The notes under the pieces were generated by a model. It was not told where the DNA came from, ran no database searches, and saw nothing but the letters and a program-made list of their open reading frames with translations. The position numbers were made by a program, and so were the translations under genes. A DNA stretch of 63,348 bases, filler included, from Octopus bimaculoides (taxonomy: Eukaryota): the NCBI RefSeq assembly GCF_001194135.2. It is 6 parts of 6 records of this genome, joined end to end, with 100 filler letters (N's around TTAATTAATTAA, not from the genome) between each part and the next. Parts side by side here need not be neighbours in the genome. Positions count along the whole stretch, not along the records: positions 28,686 to 58,215 come from NC_068995.1; 5 more parts are not named here. One strand, given 5' to 3'. Below are positions 34,765 through 48,065 of this stretch, piece by piece; positions within the stretch are counted from its first letter, which is position 1, and each line of letters starts with the position of its first letter.

Positions 34765-34998
34765 GGGTGGTGAACTGGCAGAATCGTTAGCACGCTGGGG
34801 AAATGCCTAGTGGTATTTCGTCTGCTGCTATGTTCTGAGTTCAAATTCCGCCGAGGTCAACTTTGCCTTTCATCCTTTCGGGGTCGATAAAATAAGTACC
34901 AGTTGAGTACAGGGGTCGATGTAATCGATTTAATTCCTTTATCTGTCCTTGTTGTGTCCCCTCTGTGTTTAGCCCTCTGTGGGCAATAAAGAAATAAA
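34765..34998 (+). mobile_element. Full-length SINE family A with Tx1-like 3' tail
   Basis: A-box-like TGGCAGAATCG, B-box GAGTTCAAATTCC, shared body, tail GCCCTCTGTGGGCAATAAAGAAATAA. Confidence 0.92.
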
Positions 34999-36041
34999 TT
35001 TGCCCAACATGATCATGTCACCCATTAAGATCCCATAAGACAAGAGAAAATCAGAATGAGAGATGGTCAGGGAGAGTATTTTGCTCAATGGTTGACCCAT
35101 GTATGTTCCTTGAGAGGTGCCCATATGAGTGCATGAGGGACCATCTCACATCATCATTAAGGTACTTGGTCCTTTAGGAGTCTCCTGCAAGACACTCATG
35201 ACTTTCTTTACATTAGTGATTACAAGAAGGAGATTACCATTCTGTTTTTCAGGGGTTGAATATTTTTCCTCCAAGAGATATTGAATGGTCTCTGTTGCAT
35301 GAGAATGTAAATGCCATCAAGCCTTTTCACCAGGTATTTGGTGAATGTCCAAGCAGTGAGGGTAAATTTGTTCAATGAAACCCTTCAAGGCAATGCTACA
35401 GCATGGCCACAGACCTGTGCCTGAAACATGTAAAAGATAGAAGAGGCCTTCATTATTCAGTGTACCTCATTTCTGCAGAGACTTTTTTCTATTATTTCTA
35501 GCAGAGTCAAGCAATCAAACATAGAGAGGCTTGTTTGTTTGTTTGTTGTTGTTGTTCTATTGTTGTTGCTGTTGTTGATCAGAGTTACTTAGTCACTGTC
35601 TTCTTGCCTGTGTTTTTGTCTGTCTGTCTGTCTGATGTATTCTTTGTCTTGGAGGTGGCCTGGCTGTTTGTAAAGTTCCATGTATGTCAACCAACTTACT
35701 ACGTACATACCTTGGTAACAGCTGTGTTACCTATCAGACTATCAAGCAGTTTGTTTGTTTGGGGAAAAGGTAGGTTTGGGGTTGGTGGGTGGGTGGAGGT
35801 TATAGTTATATCATCATCATCATCATCATCATCATTAGTATTACTATTATACTGAAAAATATAAAAATAAAAACGAATTGCAATATAAAATATTTAAAAA
35901 AAAATTGAAGAGAAACAAATACTAGGGGAAAAAAAGAAAAAAAAAAGAAAAAGCCAGAAATTTATAAATGTGTTTATTTCAGTCTGAAGTAACAGATGTT
36001 TCTTTGCTAATGCATGATGTACGCTTATAATAATGATGATG

Positions 36042-36098
<57 letters not shown>

Positions 36099-36179
36099 GT
36101 TTGCCACAAGAACAACAGATGAAGTAGATACTACATGAACAAATTACAAAAAAAAAGTAAAAATGTTGTCAGGTTTATG

Positions 36180-36600
36180 TAGGATGGATTATGAAAAGAA
36201 GAAACACATACCACAGACATGGATACCATATATATACATATAAATTGTGACATGAGATGTGCCAGGGGCAGAGTCCCACAGTAGCAGTGGCAGGGACAGT
36301 CAACTCAGGCCAACTCAAGAAATCCAGCAAACCTGGAATTATCTCGGCTATCGGGGGCACCTGCCCTCTCTCAGCAATGGTCTCTTTCAACAAATTCCTC
36401 AAAAGGTACCACTCTAGATACTATCTAAATGACTTGGTGCAATTTGTTTTTGGAATGTTTGCAAAATCTACTCTGTAGCTTTCAGACTGTTTGAAGAATG
36501 TTTACACTTCCTTACCGTTCTGTTGGACACTTCCACACAATCTCAGCATGTGTTTAAGATGCTATTCCAGTCTCCCATAGGCACTAACAAGTAAGATGTT
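36180..36600 (-). mobile_element. Very degenerate L1/Tx1-like APE endonuclease fragment
   Basis: Minus frame LLVPMGDWNSILNT (GDFN-type motif) with multiple stops. Confidence 0.4.
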
Positions 36601-36689
36601 CCAGAAAATTACTCTAGATGTCTACAGAGGTCTTCCGTGTAGTTCCAGTCGTGGTGTGAACTGATCTGAAGGCACTGACCTTTGCGCTG

Positions 36690-37225
36690 TCCACCCTTTT
36701 TAGATGAAAGACCAGGTCAACCTTGGCAGTATTTGAACTCAGAATATCAAGAACCAGAAGAGATGCTGCCAAGAATTTTGCCTGCAGTGCTAACGGTTTT
36801 TGCCAGCTTGCATCCTTACAACAATAATAATATCTCCAGAGGTGCAAGGCCTGAAATTTTCTTGGGGACAAAGCTAATCAATTACATCAACCCCAGTGCT
36901 TGGTTTGTACTTATCTTATTGACCTCAAAAATGATAAAAGGGAAAATCAGCCTTGGTGGCATTCGAACTCACAATATAAAGAGCCAAACATTTTGACCAA
37001 CATGCTAATGGTTCTGCCAACTCACCGCATTAACAATAATAATGATAATAGTTTCAGATAGTGACACAATGCCAGCAAGTGTGTAAGTTGGTTGCATTGA
37101 CCCCAGCACTCAGCTGGTACATATTCTGTTGATCCTATAGGGATGAAAGGAACTCAGAACGTTAAGATGGACAAAATGCTGCTGGGCATTTTGTCCAGTG
37201 TGCTAATGATTTTGCCAGGACTAAC
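36690..37225 (-). mobile_element. Three head-to-tail SINE family A copies separated by (AAT) tails
   Basis: The (TTT/TTC/G)GAACTCA(G/C)AA B-box complement and TTTTGCC/TTCTGCC head complement each recur three times (about 36690-36810, 36830-37030, 37050-37225). Confidence 0.8.
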
Positions 37226-37430
37226 AATAATCAAAAGACATAGAGACACAGGGATAATCCTAGTCATTTTACTGAAGTCTTTAGTTGTGAAACATTCCAT
37301 AGGGTAAACTTCGTTAGCTTCCGAAGAAAGGGGTCATATTCTTTGTAAAACAGTATCCAGAAAGGAAAGAAAGCTTATAACAAATTCTACTCTACAAATG
37401 TGTGTGTGTGTGTGTATGTATCTACGTATA

Positions 37431-37493
<63 letters not shown>

Positions 37494-37700
37494 NNNNNNN
37501 NNNNNNNNNNNNNNNNNNNNNNNNNNNNNNNNNNNNNNNNNNNNNNNNNNNNNNNNNNNNNNNNNNNNNNNNNNNNNNNNNNNNNNNNNNNNNNNNNNNN
37601 NNNNNNNNNNNNNNNNNNNNNNNNNNNNNNNNNNNNNNNNNNNNNNNNNNNNNNNNNNNNNNNNNNNNNNNNNNNNNNNNNNNNNNNNNNNNNNNNNNNN

Positions 37701-37774
<74 letters not shown>

Positions 37775-38411
37775 GTCATCATCATCATTGTTTAACGTCC
37801 ACTTTCCATGCTATACACACACATATATACATACATACATACATACATGCATACATACGTGTGTGTGTGTGTGTGTGTGTATAGCTGAAAAGCAGAGCTG
37901 GCTGATGACTTCGAACTATTGTGTTTATCCATTCTATATAACTCTAAATAAATTTAGAAAGAAGGTAAGGAAAGAAAAAAGAAAGAGACCAACCCATTAG
38001 TATAAATGCTATCACACGTCCTGTGTTTGTCGGCCGTAATTATGTCGTGATGTGTCTACCATAGTTGAGGTAGAAGAGAGACTTTTCCAGTTCTTACTAA
38101 TAGAAAGAAGTAACTTAAAGACAACGCTTATGAACATATATACACACTGGTTCATGTATATATTATATATACACACTAGTTCATGTATATATTATACACA
38201 TACTACAATATATATATGTTTGTGTGTGTGTATAAAGCTGTGGATATGTATTATGTATGTATAAATACATAGACCCATGCATACAAGCACACATGTAGTA
38301 TAAATCATTGTCTACGTCTGCCTCTTTTTCTGTTTCTCTTTCTTTCTCACTGCTATGTATATATGTATATGTATATATATAAATATCTATCTATCTATCT
38401 ATCTATCTCTC

Positions 38412-38455
<44 letters not shown>

Positions 38456-39143
38456 CATATATATATATATGCACACCCATTCATCCACACACTCTGTCTG
38501 TCTGTCTGTCTCTCTCTCAGATCAGTGACAAAACTTTGTAACACTTGCTTTAATTACTTCACTGGAAGCTGTTTGATGAAAGCAAATTAATTATTGAATT
38601 ATTTGGCAAATGTTCTTTTTCTCTTTTAATTGAGTTACCACCACCACCACCACCACCACCACCACCTCTACTAATGACCACTATGAATGATCATTGTAAT
38701 CCAATCCTTTCTTCCTCTTTATCACTTGTTGTTGTTGTTGTTGTCCATCATCTTCTTCATCTCCTCCACCTCCTCATCCTACCTTTCCTCTTCTTTGTCT
38801 TCATTAGTATTTTTATTATTCATTAAACAAATTGTTATTAAACACCACGAGTGTAGACTGACTTTAATACCCTGAAGAAAGAAAGAAAGAAAAAAACCAT
38901 AACAACATTAAAATTATTTTAAAGGACTCGGCTTTTGTATTTTTCATATAATTTAAAAAGACAAAAAGAAAAAATCCTTATTTTTATCAATTCCCTTTGT
39001 AGGATTGTGGGGTAGCAACTGCTGTCATTTTGTCTGGGTCCCATAGAAAACTGTTAACTATTGGAGGGGGTTTACTTGTACCAACTTTACAGTTGTGATT
39101 AAGGGATGGCTTTCACAAGGGTTCACTTGCCTCTGAAGTGTAC

Positions 39144-39281
39144 TTAGGAAGTTTGCTTCCCAACCATGTACTTGCAGGTTCAATCCCACCATCTGGTGCC
39201 ATGGGAAAGTGTCTCTATTATAGCTATAAGCCAACCAAAACTTTGTGAGTGGATTTGGTAGAAGGAAACTGAAAGAAGCCC
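39144..39281 (+). mobile_element. SINE family C 5' half
   Basis: GGAAGTTTGCTTCCCAACC..GGTTCAATCCCAC...TGTGAGTGGATTTGGTAGAAGGAAACTGAAAGAAGCCC. Confidence 0.85.
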
Positions 39282-39447
39282 TTGATTTATTTTCATGTGT
39301 TATTTCATACATATTATATCTTAGTGATAAACTTGATTTAAACAAATTAACCGAGCACTTTGAAGTATATTCTCATTGTATTTGAGAAATGTTTATTATA
39401 TACATCTCTATCTTTACGGGAACACACACACACACACACACACACAC

Positions 39448-39585
39448 GACGGGCTTCTTTCAGTTTCTATCTACCAAATCCCCTCACAAGGCTTTGATGA
39501 GCCTAAGGCTATAGTAGAAGACACTTGGCCAAGGTGCCTTGTAGTGGGACTGAACCTGGGACCATGTCAGCAGGAAGCAAACTTA
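39448..39585 (-). mobile_element. SINE family C 5' half, inverted
   Basis: GACGGGCTTCTTTCAGTTTCTATCTACCAAATCCCCTCACAAG...GGGACTGAACC...GGAAGCAAACTT. Confidence 0.85.
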
Positions 39586-40525
39586 TGTATAAATAATCGT
39601 TTTTTTTTTTTTTGATGCCTCATNNNNNNNNNNNNNNNNNNNNNNNNNNNNNNNNNNNNNNNNNNNNNNNNNNNNNNNNNNNNNNNNNNNNNNNNNNNNN
39701 NNNNNNNNNNNNNNNNNNNNNNNNNNNNNNNNNNNNNNNNNNNNNNNNNNNNNNNNNNNNNNNNNNNNNNNNNNNNNNNNNNNNNNNNNNNNNNNNNNNN
39801 NNNNNNNNNNNNNNNNNNNNNNNNNNNNNNNNNNNNNNNNNNNNNNNNNNNNNNNNNNNNNNNNNNNNNNNNNNNNNNNNNNNNNNNNNNNNNNNNNNNN
39901 NNNNNNNNNNNNNNNNNNNNNNNNNNNNNNNNNNNNNNNNNNNNNNNNNNNNNNNNNNNNNNNNNNNNNNNNNNNNNNNNNNNNNNNNNNNNNNNNNNNN
40001 NNNNNNNNNNNNNNNNNNNNNNNNNNNNNNNNNNNNNNNNNNNNNNNNNNNNNNNNNNNNNNNNNNNNNNNNNNNNNNNNNNNNNNNNNNNNNNNNNNNN
40101 NNNNNNNNNNNNNNNNNNNNNNNNNNNNNNNNNNNNNNNNNNNNNNNNNNNNNNNNNNNNNNNNNNNNNNNNNNNNNNNNNNNNNNNNNNNNNNNNNNNN
40201 NNNNNNNNNNNNNNNNNNNNNNNNNNNNNNNNNNNNNNNNNNNNNNNNNNNNNNNNNNNNNNNNNNNNNNNNNNNNNNNNNNNNNNNNNNNNNNNNNNNN
40301 NNNNNNNNNNNNNNNNNNNNNNNNNNNNNNNNNNNNNNNNNNNNNNNNNNNNNNNNNNNNNNNNNNNNNNNNNNNNNNNNNNNNNNNNNNNNNNNNNNNN
40401 NNNNNNNNNNNNNNNNNNNNNNNNNNNNNNNNNNNNNNNNNNNNNNNNNNNNNNNNNNNNNNNNNGTGCTTTACTGAGATCACATGACTTTTCCCTAGTG
40501 GGCTGTTTATATATTTCTTACATAC

Positions 40526-40573
<48 letters not shown>

Positions 40574-42800
40574 TCTCACACATATGCATTTATATCTACA
40601 CACATACACAGCTTACACATGTACCCCCTACACACACACATGCACACACATTGATGCATGCACTACACATTGTGGCATCCCTGCATGGCCTAGTTTAGAA
40701 TCAGTTAAAGAATATAAAGAGAATTAGTCATGCGTGTCTCTAAGTATATCTATATGTGTGTGTGTGTGTGTGCATGTGTGTGTGTGTATGGCATTTAAAT
40801 CACCCGCACAAGTTATTTTGAGGGTGTCAAGGTATGGCTTGATAAGGATGAAATCACAATCGGTTGCGGAGGAGAGTCACTCTCCATCGTTTAGCCTGTC
40901 CCCCTATCTCTGCTGACCAGCAGTTTAAGACTGTTCATAGTGAGATTTGTTGACCAATGTGTTTGTAATTTAAACTTTTGGTTTGGATTGAGATTTGACC
41001 CTTAAATATTCTTCATTTGTATCCTTCAAATGCCAAGTCCTTATCTGCTGATTTACCCTCGGTAGAATAAAATAGTTCTGTTTTTCTCATTTTGTTGTGG
41101 GAGGGGGGAGGGAATTTACAGGACAAATTCTCCCATATGAATTCATTACACTGATATTTACAGACATACACGGAAAACAGAATGTAGTCACCAAAATGGA
41201 TAGAGTGGAACTTATAACGTACATTGGGACACAAAAATAAGGACTTTATGTATTTATGTCAATCACACTGCTGTATGTGTGTGTGTGTGTGCACGTGTGT
41301 ATACAAAGATATACTTGCAGTAACAAAAATATAGACAGATATACACACACACACACACACAAATGCACACACACACACACACACACACATGCACACACAC
41401 ATGCACACACACACACATGCACACACACACACACACACGTAAATAGATGGGGCAACCAACAGCTACAGAGAGGTTTGTGGAAGATGCTGTGTCAAGCATG
41501 AAAATAAGTCATTTCTCTCTCTCTGCTTGTAAGAACATGGAAACAGCAGCCATTCANNNNNNNNNNNNNNNNNNNNNNNNNNNNNNNNNNNNNNNNNNNN
41601 NNNNNNNNNNNNNNNNNNNNNNNNNNNNNNNNNNNNNNNNNNNNNNNNNNNNNNNNNNNNNNNNNNNNNNNNNNNNNNNNNNNNNNNNNNNNNNNNNNNN
41701 NNNNNNNNNNNNNNNNNNNNNNNNNNNNNNNNNNNNNNNNNNNNNNNNNNNNNNNNNNNNNNNNNNNNNNNNNNNNNNNNNNNNNNNNNNNNNNNNNNNN
41801 NNNNNNNNNNNNNNNNNNNNNNNNNNNNNNNNNNNNNNNNNNNNNNNNNNNNNNNNNNNNNNNNNNNNNNNNNNNNNNNNNNNNNNNNNNNNNNNNNNNN
41901 NNNNNNNNNNNNNNNNNNNNNNNNNNNNNNNNNNNNNNNNNNNNNNNNNNNNNNNNNNNNNNNNNNNNNNNNNNNNNNNNNNNNNNNNNNNNNNNNNNNN
42001 NNNNNNNNNNNNNNNNNNNNNNNNNNNNNNNNNNNNNNNNNNNNNNNNNNNNNNNNNNNNNNNNNNNNNNNNNNNNNNNNNNNNNNNNNNNNNNNNNNNN
42101 NNNNNNNNNNNNNNNNNNNNNNNNNNNNNNNNNNNNNNNNNNNNNNNNNNNNNNNNNNNNNNNNNNNNNNNNNNNNNNNNNNNNNNNNNNNNNNNNNNNN
42201 NNNNNNNNNNNNNNNNNNNNNNNNNNNNNNNNNNNNNNNNNNNNNNNNNNNNNNNNNNNNNNNNNNNNNNNNNNNNNNNNNNNNNNNNNNNNNNNNNNNN
42301 NNNNNNNNNNNNNNNNNNNNNNNNNNNNNNNNNNNNNNNNNNNNNNNNNNNNNNNNNNNNNNNNNCTTTGAAAATATTTTTTTAACTGTCTCCCTCCCCC
42401 CACTTCTCTTTCTTACTTTCTTTCTCTTAGATCTAACCCCTTACCTCTTCCTTTTCCCCATCCTTTACCATTCTTATCAAAAATCACACCTCTCTCTCTC
42501 TCTCTCCCTCTGTCTCTCTCTGTCTCTCTCTGTCTCTCTCTCTCTCTCTCTCTCCCCCAACAACTTTGTTGAGAAGGCATGATTTGCAGCAAATAGCAGT
42601 TGTCAGCATTGCAAAGATAATTAGAGCATTTAATTAGCAATTAACTGCCAATCATCCTAACAAGATAGCTTACCTTAGTTATCTCTCTTGTACACACACA
42701 CACACACACGCAACATAGTCCCCATTCATACACATGAACACACGCCTCTTATTTAATTCTTTAATCTCAGTCATAGTTTTCTGTTTTTCGTTCTTCCCCC

Positions 42801-42871
<71 letters not shown>

Positions 42872-42992
42872 TGCCCTGTTGCTATTACTTCCTTCTTTCT
42901 TTCTTTCTTTCTTTGCCCTGTTGCTATTACTTCTTTCTCTCTCTTTCTCTCTATACTATCCTCTGTGCCTTTTTCTATCTTACTTTCTGTCA

Positions 42993-43024
<32 letters not shown>

Positions 43025-44054
43025 CTCTCTCTTTCTTTCTTTCTCTCTCTCCCCCTTTCTCTAACCTCTCTGTACTTCTATTTCTTCCTCTCTCCCATCT
43101 CTGCTTTTGAGTTTCTCTTTCTCTCTTCCTCTCCCTCTCTCCTCTCCTCCTCCTGCTCATCTTCTTGGTCAACATCATCTTTGCTTTCATTCTTTCAGTG
43201 GTGATGGTGTTGATGTGATGATGGTGGTGACGGGGGAGGGAGGGGTGATGGTAGTGATAACGATGGTGGTGGTGGAGGGGTCAGCATTGCATCCCACCAG
43301 AGGCATCTTGAGTGATGAATCCCATTCCCCTGATACTCCTCCTCTTTAGCGCGTACTCACCTCAATACCTCAAATATTAACCACAGTACTTCACACTAGA
43401 GTACTCACTAGAGTACTTACAACACTACTTCAGCTAAACACTGCTGTTACCACCCCTCACCTTGCATCAGCTCCCTGCCTCCCCCTCCACTCCCCCCTCC
43501 CCCAATTTGTCCCCTCCCTCTTCCAGCACCCCACCCTTCCCGCTGATTATTCAATTCAAAGTCACATGTCATTTTTGTTAAGTGATGAGGTGTTCTGTGT
43601 GTGTGTGTGTGCGTCTTTATGCATGTGTGTGTGTGTGTGTGTGTGTGTTATTGTGTATGTTTAGTGGAGGAGGAGGAGGAGGAGACATGTCAGTGAGCAT
43701 TGTCAATAAATGCATGTATGCTGGTGTGGATGTGTACATGTACATATAAAAGTGTGTGTGTGTGTGTGTTTGTAGGCATGTTTTGATAAATCTGATAAAG
43801 TCAATTTCTTGGATGCCATTTGACCACAGTCTATGGGTCGTTGTCATGTGTTCTGGCAGTGGGTGGATCCATCATGTGTATGTGTGTGTGTGGAGGGGTG
43901 TGCACGCATGTGTGTATGCATGAGGGTGTGTATGTTTGTATTTCCTTGTCTTGATATTTCCTGATAGTTGTAAATGAGTGCCACTGTTATACAAGTGGTT
44001 GCCATTCATTTCCAATATTCTGCAAAAACATGTCTGGCCATGAATAAATATTAC

Positions 44055-44155
44055 CTTGGTGACAGGAAGGGCATCTGGCCATAGAAAATTTATCTCATTA
44101 TGCTCCATCTAACTCATGCAAGCATGGGGGAATGGTCGTTAAAATGATGATGAGG
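44055..44155 (+). mobile_element. Short RTE-type 3' tail
   Basis: GGTGACAGGAAGGGCATCTGGCCATAGAAA...CATGCAAGCATGG...GTTAAAATGATGATG. Confidence 0.65.
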
Positions 44156-45799
44156 AGGAATCGCTGCATAAAATACTGCCTCTGCTTCTTCCAGATTCTT
44201 TGTACTGAAATAATTAATTTCTAACTCAGTTTCTCCATATCAGCATGATTGATGGATAATTGATTGATTGATAGATAACTGATTGATCGATCAACTGATG
44301 TATCACTAAAATGTTAGTCCGTCTTATTTCAGTCCCTGATGTTGCTATCGACAGGCCATTTCACCTTAATTTTCCTTCTACAAAACATGGGACCAGAGCA
44401 GTGTGGATTGCTTCAATTTCGTATAAAAAAATCTGCTCCACTTTATTGTCTTTTACGTACATGGAAACATGCAAACACACACGTGCAGCCCTGATGCAAG
44501 CATGCATACAGATGTACTCAAAACTGCACTTATCAGCAGCAGCAGCAACAAAGGCAGATTTATTGCCATCATTATCACCACCACTACTATTACCACCGCC
44601 CCCACCAACATCATCATCATCATCATCATCATGATCTTGTTCCACCTCTTTCTGCTTTTCTTGTTCCTTCTGCTCTGCTCCCCCCTCCATCTCCCCCTCC
44701 ATCTCGTTAACCTCCCCCTCATCATCAGGTTATTCATTGCTGTTAATTGATTTCATAACAGTTAGTGAAGGTTTTCAACTGTATCTTAATGAAAACCACT
44801 TTCCATGTAAAAGGCTTGATTAAGTCCATATTCCAACGAGAAGAGTGGATGTCTCTGAAGCAGACTGCTATGTGTGTGCGCGTGTGTGTGGGGGTGTGCG
44901 CGCGTGCGTGTGTGTGCAAATGCATGACCATCTGCATTTGTATATTTGTCTATCTGTCTATCTAATCTCCTTCTCTCTATTTCACAATACANNNNNNNNN
45001 NNNNNNNNNNNNNNNNNNNNNNNNNNNNNNNNNNNNNNNNNNNNNNNNNNNNNNNNNNNNNNNNNNNNNNNNNNNNNNNNNNNNNNNNNNNNNNNNNNNN
45101 NNNNNNNNNNNNNNNNNNNNNNNNNNNNNNNNNNNNNNNNNNNNNNNNNNNNNNNNNNNNNNNNNNNNNNNNNNNNNNNNNNNNNNNNNNNNNNNCGATC
45201 TTATATATATATCTGTGTGTATATATATATATGTAAATTAAAGGGAATAAGAAATTATGCAGTGAAGTTCATTAGCTTACTGCTGTTTCTGCTATAAGAT
45301 GCAATGCAGTCATTGTTAAATTTTTGTGTATAATGTTGTAGGTTCATCATAATTTCAGAAATGAAGGGCTTTTTTGAAGCTCCAATGAAACTTTAGTGTG
45401 ATACAAGTTATTAGTATTGTTATGCCTAAAGCAAAATAATAATAATAATAATAATAATAATAAGCACTAACAACCAGGTTTAAGAAATATGTCAGAGAAA
45501 TTGGAATTGACTTGAGGGCAGAGCAGGCCCAAAGAACTGATCTATTGAGGACAGCTAGGATTTTGAGAATTCTGCTTGTGTGGAAAATGTCTCCTATGAT
45601 AATTTAACATCCAAGTACCAATGCTTATAATTTGTGGGAAGAGACCCTGTGAAACCTCCGACAGCAGGTTGCTGTCTGCTCTCACAGAATCAACCAGAGC
45701 AAGGAAGACTGAGAGGTGTGAGAAGTAAAACAACAACAACAACAGCATCAACAATAATAAGGATGATAATCATAATAATGATAATAATGATGATGATGA

Positions 45800-45844
<45 letters not shown>

Positions 45845-45854
45845 NNNNNNNNNN

Positions 45855-46165
45855 CACCAGGCTCCAGTCTGATTTGGCAGAGTTTCTACAGCTGGATGCC
45901 CTTCCTAACGCCAACCACTCAGAGAGTGTAGTGGGTGCTTTTACGTGTCACCCGCACGAAAACGGCCACGCTCGAAATGGTGTCTTTTATGTGCCACCCG
46001 CACAAGCCAGTCCAGGGGCACTGGCAACGATCTCGCTCGAAAATCCTACAGGAGCCAGTCAGGCGGTACTGGCAACGGCCACGCTCAAAATGGTGCATCT
46101 CATGTGCCACCCGCACAAGAACCAGTCCAGGGGCACTGGCAACGATCTTACTTGGCTTGCCGGGT
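45855..46165 (-). mobile_element. RTE 3' UTR copy with rearranged internal modules
   Basis: Colinear with 26220-26420 and 26712-26725; abuts an N gap. Confidence 0.88.
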
Positions 46166-47864
46166 CTTTTATACATATATATTATCTTAGGATGAATTTA
46201 ATTCGTTGTAACCCATTTATAGTAGTGGAGATGTACATATATAAAGCAAGACAAAGGGCAGGACGAGATTTGTAACAGCATTTCATGCAGTGTCTTGCCT
46301 TCTTTCTGCTTTCGATATCTAACGAAATGACTTAACACTTTCCACATGAATTCTTGTATAAAACAAACAAAAAAAAATTAAAAAAGAAATTTGAAAAAGA
46401 AATAAAATCAGTGAAGTGCAAATTGGATCAACTTAATCGGTTAATGGATTATCTCGCTATTATTTCTAAACTACAATCAATATTGAAAAGTATATAAAAC
46501 AAGGTAAACAAAATGGAATAATGATTATTGTTATTTTTCTTCTGTGTGCTTCTTGTGTTGGTGAATATAGTTTAGTGCAACAATGTGGTGAAATATCTTT
46601 GTTGTGAAGTAACCAGTGGTTGCAAGTCATGTGAACTTTTCAATAAACCCCGACCTTCTTTACCCATTTTTTAAATTCTTACTTTTGCATTTTTAAATTT
46701 TTAAATTTTTCAATATTTCTTTCATTTATGAAATCAGTTGCAATGTGTCCGCCATCATTCTCCAATGGAAGTTTTTTGTTTTGTATTTCCTTTTTTATTC
46801 TGTTTAGTGGTGGATCACATAAATAATTGCCATTCTGTTTCAGTGGTAAGATTACCAACATCTGTCCAACATTTTGTTTCAACTCCACATCTCAAAGTTG
46901 CAGTCTGTTCGCTCATTGCTCCACCATTTTGTTTCAACGGAACATGTTTTTAGAGTTGCGGATATTCTGTAATTCCCTCTGGCTAGCTTATCTTGATTCT
47001 CAATTGGAACTTCATCGTTTGGAAAGTGCTTCGACATTCATCATCTGTTTACAATTATTCCACTCAGTTCCCCATTTAGCAAGAGCAATTTTAATATTTT
47101 CAGCTTCATTAACTTCACAGTCGTTTTTCTAAAGGATATATTAACCCTTATTTGATCTCAGTGTTGCTTTTGCTTTGGTAGATTCTCTATTCTTTCTCTG
47201 GTATATGAAGATGTTTACATGAAGAAAAAGAAAAAGGAGAAAAAAAAAGGGCATTCTGAAATTTTAGCCCCCAAATTTATATTTACCTACACATTCTTTG
47301 GTTAAGTAAGCATTTGGGCTTTTAAAAAATCTTCCAGCAAATACCTAAAGAAATGGTTTCTGAATCCTTATTTACAAGTTAGTTAGTTCCATCTATCCAT
47401 TTATTCCAACCACTAATTCTTAGGGTCCTTGGTTTCCAAGCATCACCAGCTAAGATTATGGGTCTTGTCCAACCATCTCATTCCAGGTTTACCCCTAGGT
47501 CATCTGCTAATTGATTCAGCTTGGAGAATCTGTTTTTTTACTACAATATCTAATTAAGTTAATTAAATTCCATTCCACCATTCACATAACCTAAATGTCT
47601 ATGATTGCTAAATGCAGCCCCTGTTTATTTACTGATGGCTTTTCTTTAACTGTGACAATAATAACATCATCAAAGACTGGGTGGCTGAACCCACCTGTGC
47701 CAGTCACGTTAACAGGTGCTATAACATCTATTAATTCCAGTCACAAGTTCTCCATTTAACTGTAATTTACATTTCTAGGTTAAGTGCATTTTTTAAAAGA
47801 CATTTTTGTTGCCAGATGAAATAGTCATTTGAAAGAGAGAAATGTCAAATGTCTGAAGTGGCTG

Positions 47865-48065
47865 TCATGTGCCTGGAAGCATCATTGTCCCATTGGACAA
47901 AATGCTTCGTGGCGTTTCTTCTGTGTCTTGATGTTCTGAGTTCAAATTCTGCTGAGGTCAACCTTGCTTTCATTCCTTCAGGAGTTGATAAAATAAAGTA
48001 CCAGCCAGGTACAGGGGTCAATGTAATCAACTTGCTTCTCCCATCAAAACTGCTGGCCTTGGACA
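47865..48065 (+). mobile_element. SINE family A, decayed
   Basis: GGACAAAATGCTT...GTTCTGAGTTCAAATTCTGCTGAGGTCAAC...GATAAAATAAAGTACCAG. Confidence 0.82.

Noticed and set aside
44225-44300. TGATTGAT/ATCGAT motif cluster (Pbx/Cut-like)
   Set aside because: Most simply a decayed (ATTG)n microsatellite.
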